This document shows positions 45,342-56,270 of a DNA stretch of 64,000 bases, in pieces; position 1 is the stretch's first letter; the number at the start of each line of letters is the position of its first letter. The stretch lies in IMG/VR virus record IMGVR_UViG_3300032272_000004. One strand, given 5' to 3'. Below the pieces are notes generated by a model. That model did not search any database, was not told where the DNA came from, and was given only the letters and a program-made list of their open reading frames with translations. The stretch comes from an uncultured virus (IMG/VR IMGVR_UViG_3300032272_000004). Taxonomy: Duplodnaviria; Heunggongvirae; Uroviricota; Caudoviricetes. Made by a program: the position numbers and the translations under genes.

Positions 45342-45843
45342 CTTTTTCCTCCTGTGCTCGCTTGAGTGCCCGATCCCCCGCTTCGCCGGCGGACGTCTCG
45401 TACTGGTACATGCGCTCGATCGGCTCTTCGCCGCGGTTGGTGCGTTTGTGGTACGTGGTCGACTCCGCGGTGTGCGCGTCCGGATCGTCGGGGGCCACTT
45501 CGGTCAGGCGCTGGCGAGCGTTCTTCAGCCGAGCCTTGATCCGGTCTTCCTCGGCGGCGAGGCCCTCCAGGTACTTGCGCTGATTTATCAGAGACTTCGC
45601 GTCGACGAGCAGGTGCCGCTCCTGGTAGGCAAACGACAACAGCACATCGAACTGGTCGAGCAACGCGTTGCAGCGGCTGCAGCGGATCTCTCGCTTCGCC
45701 TCGGACAGCACGATCTGGCACGGGCTGTAGTGCATGCACCGCTGGCCGCGCTCGCTCTCCAGGATCTGCGTGCCCGCGACGAGCTCGGGCTCGCGTTTGC
45801 GCTCCCGAAACTCGATCAGCGACGCAACCTTCTCGTCAGTCAT
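45334..45843 (-). CDS. Zn-finger plus coiled-coil phage protein
   Basis: CMH..IRCSRCNALLDQF; paralog of 23537-23929. Confidence 0.65.
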   Translation of the reverse strand: MTDEKVASLIEFRERKREPELVAGTQILESERGQRCMHYSPCQIVLSEAKREIRCSRCNALLDQFDVLLSFAYQERHLLVDAKSLINQRKYLEGLAAEEDRIKARLKNARQRLTEVAPDDPDAHTAESTTYHKRTNRGEEPIERMYQYETSAGEAGDRALKRAQEEKDA

Positions 45844-46225
45844 GGTCCACCAGATCCACCCCCGCCGACCAACAGAAGACAGCCGACTGCTCCTCGTTCA
45901 AGGGGAGCCCGTAGTAGACCAAGGCCGCCGGCGGCGAGTCGACCACGCGGCCCCCCTCGGGACGGTCGAGGTTCCAGGAGTGCTCCATCCAGGCGCCACG
46001 GCTCCCCGGATCGGTGCGCAGCACGAACCCGTGCACGATGGGGAGCCCGTCGTGCTTGTAGCGGAGCGCGGCCATCGCGTGGCAGGCGCCCGGAGCGCCC
46101 GGCAGAAGCTTCTCGGCGCCGAGGTCCAGCTTCCACTCCACCTCCGCATCCAGGAGCCACTCGGGCAGCTCCCCGGGCAACGCGACTCGGGCGCCACCGA
46201 CCCGCAAGAGACGCTCCTCGAGCAT
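45836..46225 (-). CDS. Small papain/transglutaminase-like protein
   Basis: GACHAMA..VHGFVL..WMEHSW..VVD pattern. Confidence 0.5.
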   Translation of the reverse strand: MLEERLLRVGGARVALPGELPEWLLDAEVEWKLDLGAEKLLPGAPGACHAMAALRYKHDGLPIVHGFVLRTDPGSRGAWMEHSWNLDRPEGGRVVDSPPAALVYYGLPLNEEQSAVFCWSAGVDLVDHD

Positions 46226-47662
46226 CACAGGCTCCGGTCCGGAATGTCCTTGGTCCACGTGAGCACCGTGGACGAGTCCATCGTCGTCTCGCAAACTGCC
46301 GCGCCCAAGGATGTCAGGCGCCGGTCCCATTCGACCCGCACGGTACACACTTCGATGCCCTCTTGGGCCTCGTGGGCGAGCAAGAGGCCCAACATCATGA
46401 GCACCCCCTTGCAGCTGCCCGCGCTCTGAGAGGGGGCCCACTCCGCTCCGAAAGCTCGTACCTTGTCCTCCCCATCAATCCGGATCGTCCACTCGACGAA
46501 ACAGTCGATGCGACAGCTACGATCGGCGTCCTCTCTCAGGAGACGCTCGAGCCCACGCGCGCTTTGTTGCCACTTCGGCGGATAGGTGGACACGTCTCGG
46601 AAAAACGTGCTCTTCGACTCCGATTCCGCTCTCCTCGATTCCAGTTCCGCGAAGTCGGCATGGATCCGCAGCCACGCACGGCGACAACTGATTCCACAGA
46701 GCAAAATACCCACAGCCAACCCGACGAGCAACATCCAGTTCACGGACCACCCCCGATTCCGATGATGCCATCCCAGAGCTTGTCGGCGAGTTCCTTCAGT
46801 GCAGGGTCACCACTGGCGCGAGCCTTGGCGATCAACTCCTTCTGCACGGGAATGATCCGATACCAGCGAGCGAGCACCTTCCAAGTGATGTCCGTGAAGC
46901 GATGGCGCCAGCAGTCCCGGCGATCAGGCTGCCCCATTCGGGGCCCGGGCTTGCATGAGTTCAGCTGGGGGCCGTAATTGGCCACGAGCCGGGTCTCTTC
47001 CAGAACGGGATCCAGCATGAATCCATACTGATAAACAAAGCAGTCGAACAACGCTTCTGGGATGTCTAGATCGAAGGTCTTCAGCTTGCCGTGAGAGAGT
47101 CCCTCCAGGCGCACGATATAGGTGTCCGATCCGTCCCTCGTTCCTCGCCAGAGACCAAGCACTGCAAACGGAAGCGGGCTCCACGTGGCGACGAGAGGCA
47201 TCTGGGGAAGATTTTTCACTCCACGGATCGCAACGCGCTCGATTACTCCTGTCAGCTCCGCCATCATTCAGTCCCTTCCATGACTTCCTTCGCCTCGTAC
47301 AGCTTCGAGTCCCGCAGCTCCTCGAACTGTTCCCACGTCATTCCACCACCGACTGCCGTGGTCTCGACCCCGTCGGTCTTCCACCCGACGCAGTAGGACG
47401 CTACCAGCCCGTGCGTCGAGGCGCGGCAAAGGCGACGCAACGCCTCACACGTGGAGCGCGCGTAGTCGGCTGGAGTGCCGCGACGAGAAAACCCGCCAGA
47501 CTGTTTCAACCCGTCAGTCGACGTCCACTCCAGAAAGCAGTGATCCACCTGAGAGTACTTCTCCTCGGCGGTCGTGCGGATCGCCGGGTCGAGGATATTG
47601 GCCACGTGCTCGATCATCGAAACATGCGACGAGGGAATCCTGTTGTTTTCGAGCTCGATCAT
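46225..47662 (-). other. Three coupled hypothetical CDSs (46225-46743, 46740-47267, 47264-47662)
   Basis: Overlapping start/stop junctions; the first has an N-terminal TM. Confidence 0.55.
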
Positions 47663-48291
47663 CAGATCGGTGCCTCCCCACCAAACTCCGCCCAGTGTCC
47701 GTCAAAGCTCTCACGATGACCACCCATCATGCAGACCTCGTGCACGTCGGACACGGGCATCGAGACGAAATCCGCCATACCGGGCCAACCCGCGTGGTGA
47801 GCTGCCTTGATCCGCCGGCGCAGACCCAGCGCTCCCTTGATCCGCCAGGGCGTCTTGTAGACGATGACCCGCGACCCCAGGATCCACCACCAGGTGTCCT
47901 CCTCCAGGCTGCAGTACTCCCCGACCGACCCGATGTGCTCACCGGTCGAGCTGAACCGCCGCGCACCCAACCGCCGGTACCGCACCTTGTCGGGCTGCAC
48001 GTGAGCGCAACCGATGATCGTCGCGAGCCCGAGGGCGTAGCCCATCCGCGTCCAGTCGTGGTCCTTGCGGTCCTTGTACTCGGGCAGCTCCCAGGGCACC
48101 GGGGGCTCCTCGGCGACCTCCAGCGACTCGATAGCGTCCTTGGCGGGGTCGTATTCGGCCCTCGGGACGGCCGCGCTCGAGCAGATCATCACCGGGCCGC
48201 GATAATTCGTCGCGAAGCCGCGGTTCTCGATTCGTTTGCTGCCGTGGATAATCGCGGCTCCCCAGGGCTGACGGACGCTCAGAGCTAACAT
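47662..48291 (-). CDS. ASCH domain protein
   Basis: ALSVRQPW..IIHGSKRIENR..YRGP..KGALGL. Confidence 0.85.
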   Translation of the reverse strand: MLALSVRQPWGAAIIHGSKRIENRGFATNYRGPVMICSSAAVPRAEYDPAKDAIESLEVAEEPPVPWELPEYKDRKDHDWTRMGYALGLATIIGCAHVQPDKVRYRRLGARRFSSTGEHIGSVGEYCSLEEDTWWWILGSRVIVYKTPWRIKGALGLRRRIKAAHHAGWPGMADFVSMPVSDVHEVCMMGGHRESFDGHWAEFGGEAPI

Positions 48292-48320
48292 TCTGCCTCG
48301 TTTCTCGGTAGTTTATTGGA

Positions 48321-48749
48321 GTGCATCGCCTACTACTTGTCGACGAAGAGCCGTTTGAGCTGTCTGTGATCCAGGAGATCCTGGCCCGCACCAGCTTCAG
48401 CACATCAGTCTGGTGGGCTCACGCCCTCAACTACGCGACCGCCATGATCGCGCTGCAGCGCAGTGAAATCGATCTGGTGCTCCTCAACCCCAACCAACCC
48501 GACGCCCCGGACGGCAATCTGGCGGGGATGCTGGAAGACATCGAGCGACGGGTCGGCGTGGGCGAGTTCTACATGCCGGGCATCGTGGTCTACACCCATC
48601 GGCCCGAAATCGAACTCATGCGGGAGCTGGCCCTCGACCACCCGATCGAGGACTGGCTGGTGAAGGGTACCGACGTCGCCCTGGGGCAAAACGTGAGCTT
48701 GGCCCGACGCCTCGAAATGGCCGTCATCCGGAGCAAGCGGAATCTGTAA
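48321..48749 (+). CDS. Single-domain receiver (REC)-like protein lacking the phosphoacceptor Asp
   Basis: LLLVDEE, IDLVLLNP (N in place of D), IVVYT, DWLVKG. Confidence 0.7.
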   Translation: MHRLLLVDEEPFELSVIQEILARTSFSTSVWWAHALNYATAMIALQRSEIDLVLLNPNQPDAPDGNLAGMLEDIERRVGVGEFYMPGIVVYTHRPEIELMRELALDHPIEDWLVKGTDVALGQNVSLARRLEMAVIRSKRNL

Positions 48750-48763
48750 CCTGGCTGAGCGCA

Positions 48764-51700
48764 TCAGTCCGGATCCCGCCAGGCGTCGTGGCCGCTCTCG
48801 AAGATCTCACCGATGCGCTCGGCAAGGTGTTCCTCGATCTGACGGATCTGGAACGCTGCGACCCGGTGCATCACAAACGCCGCGAGCCCCGACACGATAC
48901 CCAGTGACACCGTCACGTAGCCCGGGTCCTGCAGGCACAGGATGACAGCGACCAGGGAGAGAAACCCGGAGTCGGTCCGCAGCTGGTAGGCCTTCAGCTT
49001 GCTCTTCACGGCGGTCTGTTCCGCTGCCATCGCCAGACGCTGCTTCTCCGCGCGCACCAACTCGAAGTCGATGTCCTTCAGGGTGAGTTCTTTGGGGGGG
49101 TCGTTACTCACAGCTACCACTTGCCTTCCTCTTGCAGCGGTCCGTTGACGAGCTCGTCGCACTTCTGCAGCGCGGCCGAGTACATGAAGACCGCTGGCTT
49201 GATGCGCATCCCGATGCCAGGCGCCCATTCGCAGGAATCGTTATCCTCCTGAAAAAGGAGTTCGAGGAGATCGGTGTAGGGGTTGATGCAGTCATCGATA
49301 CGATACCCGTGCAGAAAAATCTGCACCTCTTCCATGACCCCCCGGCTGATGTATCCCAGCCGCCGATAGTAGAGCGCCTGGATCCAAGCCAGTTCCGCAT
49401 TGAACTCGCACCACTCATCGCGCTGGCGCCCGGTCGCGATGACGAGCTTCTCCATGAAGTACCCGTTGATGCCACCCACCGATCGAGCCATCCACCGCAG
49501 CCGATTCTTAGGAGGCTTCGGACCGTAGGCCCAGCCGACGGTGTCGAGGTCACCCACCAGGACGAGCTGGCCCATGGTCAGCGCGCTGATGTGGAGCCGC
49601 AGGTTACTGCTCCCGGGCTCGCCGATGATCCAGGCTCCGTACTGTCCCGGGTCAGTCGCACCGAGCTGCCCCCGGGGATCGGTGCCCCAGTAGTGCTCTG
49701 CGAGCAGCTCGTGCTTCTCGAAGCACTCCCGAGCCTTCCGCGACTCCTCGGCGTGGTACTGGCGGCGGCAAGCTTCGAGCGCTCGCTCGTACATCTTCGG
49801 GGACATCATCGTTCGGGGTCCCAGTTCTTGCCGACGGTGACCCGGGGAAGCCCGGGAAAGCCCGCGTGGGGAGCGGCAATATCGCTGTAGAAGCCGTAGC
49901 CCGCCAACAGGCGCCCCTGCAGACGCAGAGCTCCCACCGTGTCGCGCGCGAGCTGCTCGTTGTCCTTCTCGACGTGCTCGGCACGCGACCGGGACTGCAG
50001 GTAGGCGACGCCCAGATCCTCGATGCGCTGCGCCAGCGGCTGACAGGGGGTCCGCTCCGGGAGAAACCGATCCATGTTCTCGTGGTGCTGCTGGTGCTGC
50101 TTCTCGTGGGTCTCCTCACGAGGCAACCGACCTGCGTGCGCGGCCAGACACCCGAGCACGAAATCGATCTTCTCGATTGCCGAATATCCCTGGCGCTCCG
50201 CCGCCACGTCCGGGTCAGTCATTCCGGGGTCGTGGATCCCCAGCTCTGCGTACACGAGATGCGCCAGCTTATCGGCCAACTCCTGCAGATCGGGACCCCT
50301 GCCGGGCCGGGGCTTCAGCTGGCCTACCCAGGCGAGGTACTCCACGAGACGCTCACACGGATCTGACGTCCTAGCGATGAGGCGATTAACGCGAAGAACG
50401 GGATTCGCACCCCAGCTCCCGTCACGCCTCATGTAGTGCACCACCATCTTGTCGATGATCTGGGTGAGGTCATTCTTGTAGACCCGAAGCACACTCTGGC
50501 GGGCATCGTCCACGCCCGCCCCGTCGACACGCTCGAAGATCCCCGGGTGGACCTCCATCGTCTGGCACTCCTCGTCGAGCATCGGGTGCGCCCACACGGT
50601 GTACTGCCAGGCACGCAGGCGCGGGCAGGCGCTGTTCACGCTCGTGGGCGTCGACGGGTCCTCACCCAGACGAAGGCAAAACTGCTTGTTGAAGTCGTCG
50701 AGAAGCTCGCAGCAGCGATCGGTGTACCTGGCGACCAGTTCGCGCGAGTGATCGCTCCAGCAGAACTCCGGATCCTCCGTGAGCTGCTCCAGGGTCCAGG
50801 GGGCGTCGGGTTGCTTCTTCAGATCGGTCATGTTCTTCGTGTCCTCTTCGCGTTTCGCGGCGGTAACGTCCACCGCTTTACTTCTTCTTGTCACACCAGG
50901 AGCAGGGCGCCGAGCACGTCGGAGCGAGCAGCACCCGGCTCGGGTGAGGGGCGTAGGTGATCACGCCCGACTCCTCCCACCACTTGTCCAGGTACGCCTG
51001 GAGCTTCTTGAGGTGCTCCGGGGTGGGCGTAACTCCGGTGGTGATGTCCAGGAAGTCGATTTCCTGGTCGACCAGGTCCGGGGCGTCGGTGGACGGAAAC
51101 ACGGTTTGACACGCCCACCAGTACTCGGGGCCCTCGTGACGAAACGCGAGCGCCCGCACCTCTTTCTCCGTGTAATACCCGCACCCCTCGCTGTCCCCCC
51201 GGTCATCAGGCTTGAACGGAGGCATGAAGAACACCGGCGCAATATCCTTGCGCTTGACGTATTCGTCGAAGGGCGTCTTGTAGAGCGCTGCGTTGTAGAA
51301 CGCGAGCTCGACGCAGGCATCACACTGCGACGCGAAGCAGGCGTAGACGTTTTCGTCGCAAGTGCTGCACTTTACCTTCTGGATGGGGGTCGGCTCGGGT
51401 TGTTCAATTGGCATCATAATCCTCGGGCAAATGGCTTCGGTGTTTGCAGTGGTCTTTGATCTCCGGGTACTTCTCGAAGTCGTAGGGAGGCTTCCCGGGC
51501 TGCTGCATCCCTTGACAAGGCTTGGCGTAGAAGTCGTTGCAGGCCTGGTCGAGCGCCCACTGACAGCGCGTCCGCGATCCCGCACGATGCAGCTCCGGGT
51601 CATCGCGGCGCTCCTGGATGTAGGTCGCCTCGAGCTTCTGCGCGGCCCGGTAGACCCGAGGGTCCATCTTCCCGTCGAGCGTCTTCAGTGCCCCCGAGTC

Positions 51701-54700
51701 GAAGTGGCAGCTGGGACAATCGCTGGGGTCGTGCATGTGGCCGTCGGGCTGATCACGGTACTGCCAGTCCTGCCAGGCCGGGGGAGCTAAAGCGGAGGGT
51801 GCCGCCGAGCCCGCCGACTTGGCATCGAGCCCCGCCTTGATCGTCTCGCCCGTCGCGTAGACCGCAAGCGCAAAGCAGACGACCAGCGCGATGGCCGTCC
51901 CGCCGGCGGAGTCGATGTGCCAATTCTTTTTCGAGTCGTTCATGCTCCCAGCTCCATATCCCGCGCGTAGGAAGAGCCCTCAGCCGCGCGGGCCCACGCG
52001 ATGCGCTTCTCGTCGAGTGTCATCGCGGCCCAAAACTCCTGGGACGCGTCCGAGCGCCGGCCCGTGCGGTCCACCAGGGCGAAGTATTCGTCTACCTTGC
52101 TCATCAATCCGGCTTCAGGGAAGGGTGGGGTCGTTTCTCTTCGAGTTGTTTCTGCCAGGCCACCGTCTCGGGGGTCGCCTTGCCTTGCTTGTCGAGTAGT
52201 GGAGTGACGGAAGTGCCGGGCCTCCAGGTTGGGAGCCACCGCTCCGTCTCGCGCTCTTCCCGAGCTCGATCCACGAGAATATCGAGCGGCACAAGACCGA
52301 TCTCGGAGCCCAATTCCGCAGCTCGCACGTAGAGCGCCCGCTCGTATCTCAGGGTGCCGATCAGCTTGTTGTAGTTGTCCCCGATGTCCTCCAGGGCGAC
52401 CTGGCACTGGGCCAGCTCCGACTCGGCTGCAAACTTTGCCTTGATCAGTTTGGCTTGTTCGCCGACGTTCACCTTTGTCTGCATGGAGAAATTGCGATGA
52501 AATTGGTCAGACTGGTCGCGAAGCTCTTCCTCATGCTTGGCTTCGATCTGGTGTATGGTCTTACGCAGCTTACGGACGAGCGAGGCCTTCTGGCAGAAGT
52601 TGGTTTCCATCGCCAAATAGCGACGCTGGATGGTCTCCATCTGGCGGTCCCGACCCAGCATCTGATCGCGGCCTTTTCGTGCATCGTGCAGCTTGAGGAA
52701 TCCAAAGATCGCGCCTAGCAGCACGCCGACAGCAGTACCCCCGGCAAGGTCGTCGAAAAGAGCGCCGATCACCGCGCAACTGGACAGGAGAAGCGCTGCC
52801 TGCAGCAACGCGAGCACGAGAAACCAGTAGCTAAACAGAAAACCCGGGTTCTCCGGACGCACGAGGTCGTCGACAGCTTCCTGCGGAGAGCGATAGGGGT
52901 GAGGGCGGTCATCAGGCATCAGAGCACCAACGCGCGGAGCGACTCGAGCCACTTCCGGTAGGACTCGTCGGTCTTGTCCACCGGGACGATGCCCACGACC
53001 TTGCCCTCGATAATGAGCACCGACCGGTCCTCCAGGTACTTCTTGTCCCAGTCGTCGCCATCACGAGCCCGGTCGTAGTCCGGGTTGGACCGCGTCCCGA
53101 GCCAGGGGCCGTCGATGCAGCGAGACTCCTCGATCTGATCGCCGACCGAGTAGTCTTTGCAAGCATCGAACCCGGTCTTGATCTGCATGCTCGTGCCGTC
53201 GGCACAGTTGATGGTGGTGTAGAGGCCCATCAGAACCTCCAGTTGAGCATCCGCCAGTCGTGGCGGATGGATTCGATCAGTTTTTTCATGGTCAAACCTT
53301 TTCTAGCTATAAATGGATGGATTCGAGAGCGGCTACTTGACGGCTTTGGCCCGTCAATCCCGCGCTGCCAAGTCCCGCTCGAGAGCCTTGCGCAGCCGAC
53401 TGGCTTCCACGGACAGCTTGGCCAAAGCGACCTTCGACTTCTTCAAGTCTTTGGTGTCCCGTTCCACTTCCTTGCGCAGGTACTCTTTGGCCTCCACGAC
53501 CGCCTGGGCGCGACTTGTCACCACATCCCCGTACCAAGCCGTCTCGCGGCCCGATGACGTGAGCAGCTTGGTGCGACCCTTCTGATGAATGACCTCGAAG
53601 ATGTGCCCGTGCCTATGCACGTACCCACGAATCCACTGGTCGCTGCTCGTGAGGCATTGGCCACGATCGGCATACACCTCCGCGGCGGGAACGATCCGCA
53701 GGCTGCCCCGCGGGTACTCGAGCCACGCCTCCCTGTGTTTGGCATCCACGCCGCTGTCCACAATCTGGATCACGCGGTAGGCCTCACGGGGCTTGCCGCG
53801 GTACCAAAACCATCGACGATCGACGAGCTCGGGGTGCCTCAAACCGAACAGTTTTTGTTTTTCGGCCCGGGTCGTCGGCGGTTCCAGAAAAGCTTCCTTC
53901 TTTTTACTCATGGTTTCTCTTCCTTCGCTTGCACGAGCTGGTGGCAGCGTTCGAGCGCTGCGTGGACGTAGTAGACATCGGATGAAATGAAGTACCCGCA
54001 ACGCCACTCGCCTAAGCCGTTTTCGTAGAGCGCCGTCGACAGAGTGCGCGCGCCTTTACTGATCGAGCCCCGCAGCCGCGCGAACAGATTTGCGTGGTTT
54101 GCACGGTCTGCCGAGTTCTCGAACTCGGCCTGGATATGCTCCTCCAGGTCGAGAGCGGCGAGGCCGGGCTCCCAGTCTTCAGCCTGCAGAGTGCCGCGGC
54201 CATGGCCCCCCGTGAGCTTCTCCACGAAGCGACTCGATTCAGCATAGGTGCCCAGCTCCAGGTCCAGCGCTGCCTTCAAGCGGTCGACGGGGCGACCTGA
54301 AGAGGCAACCCCCTTCATCACCGCGTTGGGCACGTCACCAATCACGACGATGTAGCCCGTGCGAGGCGGCAACATGATCTGCGCGTGGTAGGCGGACGAG
54401 CCGGGGCGGCCGATGTGGTAGATCGCGAACTCGTCGTCGGACCGGCACCACTTCTCGATCAGCTCGTGTTTCGCAAACGCTGCGCGGAAGCGCTCGTGGG
54501 GCTCCGACTGCAGCTCCAGACGACGCTGGTAGGCCTTGGGGGTTTCTTCGGTCATGATGCTTCTTTCTTCAGGAACCATCGGGGCCCCCATCGGTCACAG
54601 CCTCCAGCGGAACGTGCACAGCGCAGTACTCGGTCACCTCGGAGCGATGGTCGTGCTTGCCCGGATAGGCACACGAGACCCCGTAGTAGTCGTGGCAGGC

Positions 54701-55949
54701 CTGGTACATCGACCACACGCAGACCTGAGCCCTCACCTTCCAGCTGTACTCTTCGTCGGGTCGACGCAGGGCCGCATCCTGCAGGCTGGTGCTCGCACGA
54801 TAGACGGCCCGAGCCATCTTTTGCTCCTCCGGCACGGGTGGCGGCGGACAGCGACTGCTCACAGACGGGGCTGCGAGAGCCCGCCGGACGTCTCCCTGGA
54901 GACCTGGGGGCGGAGCCAGAAAGCTCGGAGCGAGCCACAGGAACCGGATCACCAGCAGCAGGGCGACGACTCCCGACAAGGCGCACGCCGCCCAGATCAC
55001 ACGAAAGTGCTTTTCCAACATGCGAATCATAATCCGTGGGCCTTCTCGATGCGCTGGATCTCGGACTCCAGCTTCTCGCGCACGCTCCCGCGCGTGCCTT
55101 TTCGGATGGCCCGGAGACGGTCGCAGGTTTTCTGCGCTTCGTCTGTTACCTCCAGGAATCGAAGCGAATCCCGGGCGTCGACTCGGTCGAGCAGCCGCTG
55201 CAGTTCATCGACCATGTTTTCCTCTCCGAGGTCACCGCACTCCATGATCTTCTCGACCCCGGCGCGCAGCTCCTCGGCCTCTTTCCCAAACATCGTAAAC
55301 TCGGGGGTCACCGTTTCGGAGACCACCAAGATCACCTGCACCGAATGAAGGTCGACGAGGTGTGAGCGCCAACTGCCCAGGTCGAGCGTGAGCTTGCCCG
55401 ATCCGTCCAGCGCGCAGCGCTGCGACCACGTGGTGACGAGTTCGTTGTTCACGTCGACTCTCCTTCCCGCACAGAAAAATCCGGAAGCCTCGTGAGTACT
55501 TCAGTCGCAAGCAGCAGAGAATGATAGGTGGCAGACCAGTCAGGAACGCTCTTGAGCATCCGCCCCAACTCGCACTCCGCGAGCCCCCTTTCGTCGTCAG
55601 AAAGCCCCTGCCATTTGCACACTGCTCGACGGGCAGCTTCCCGGGAATCAGGACTCGGCACAGCCGCTTGGGGCGGAGCCAAGTCGGCCACGAGCTTGTT
55701 CGCGATAGCCAAGCTCTCGGCGGCTGTCTCCTGAGTGACCAGGGCGATCACGGTCATCATCTCCGGGCGACCGAGCTTGGTGGTCATTGCGCACTGGGGA
55801 TGCAGCACGCTTTCAAAGTCGGCTGTTACCGGGAAGAAATCGCCGCCGCAGTGACTCAGCACCGCAGCCCACTTGCCGGGCGCGATGCGCTGCTTGCAGT
55901 CGTCACAGGTCATGGCCTCGGTGAGGTAGCGTGCTCGGGTAACGGTCAT
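48764..55949 (-). other. Leftward run of ~13 hypothetical CDSs (48764-49111, 49114-49809, 49806-50894, 50878-51417, 51404-51943, 51940-52104, 52104-52919, 52919-53230, 53354-53911, 53908-54555, 54569-55030, 55027-55452, 55449-55949)
   Basis: Tightly coupled ORFs typical of phage early regions; 49114-49809 and 53908-54555 are paralogs (F.KHEL..IG.PGSS..GD..EKL). Confidence 0.6.
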
Positions 55950-55988
55950 CGTCTCTCCAGATCCCAGGGTGTCGCGTCGGCAGCACCA

Positions 55989-56052
55989 TTGGTAGCTATG
56001 ACCGTTCCGAGTGTCAAGTCACTTGACGGATGATTGTCCCATGAGTAACTCT
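55989..56052. promoter_or_regulatory. Back-to-back divergent promoters
   Basis: GTCAAGT-C-ACTTGAC inverted repeat made of two -35 boxes: TTGACA-17-TACCAA(T) leftward and TTGACG-17-TAACTC(T) rightward, at the switch in gene orientation. Confidence 0.65.
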
Positions 56053-56058
56053 GGGGTC

Positions 56059-56259
56059 ATGGCCGATGTGACTCGTATCAATCCCGGCTTCGAGCCGGCA
56101 GACGTCAAAAAGCTCGAAGCTATCGCCAAGGTGCTGAGCAAGAAGCTCAAAATCAAGATCAACCGCACCCAGGCGTTGCGGTATCTGGTGCGGGACTTTT
56201 CGATCCCAGCGCTGAAGGATGAATCCACCCCTGAGACCTCGGCCGCGCGTACCGCCTGA
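56059..56259 (+). CDS. Small RHH-like regulator
   Basis: TRINPGF strand, helix, INRTQALRYLVR helix. Confidence 0.6.
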   Translation: MADVTRINPGFEPADVKKLEAIAKVLSKKLKIKINRTQALRYLVRDFSIPALKDESTPETSAARTA

Positions 56260-56270
56260 CCGGGCTCCTG

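Noticed and set aside
45238..46977. 579-aa plus-strand ORF
   Set aside because: Antisense to several coupled minus-strand genes; low-complexity R/P/A composition.
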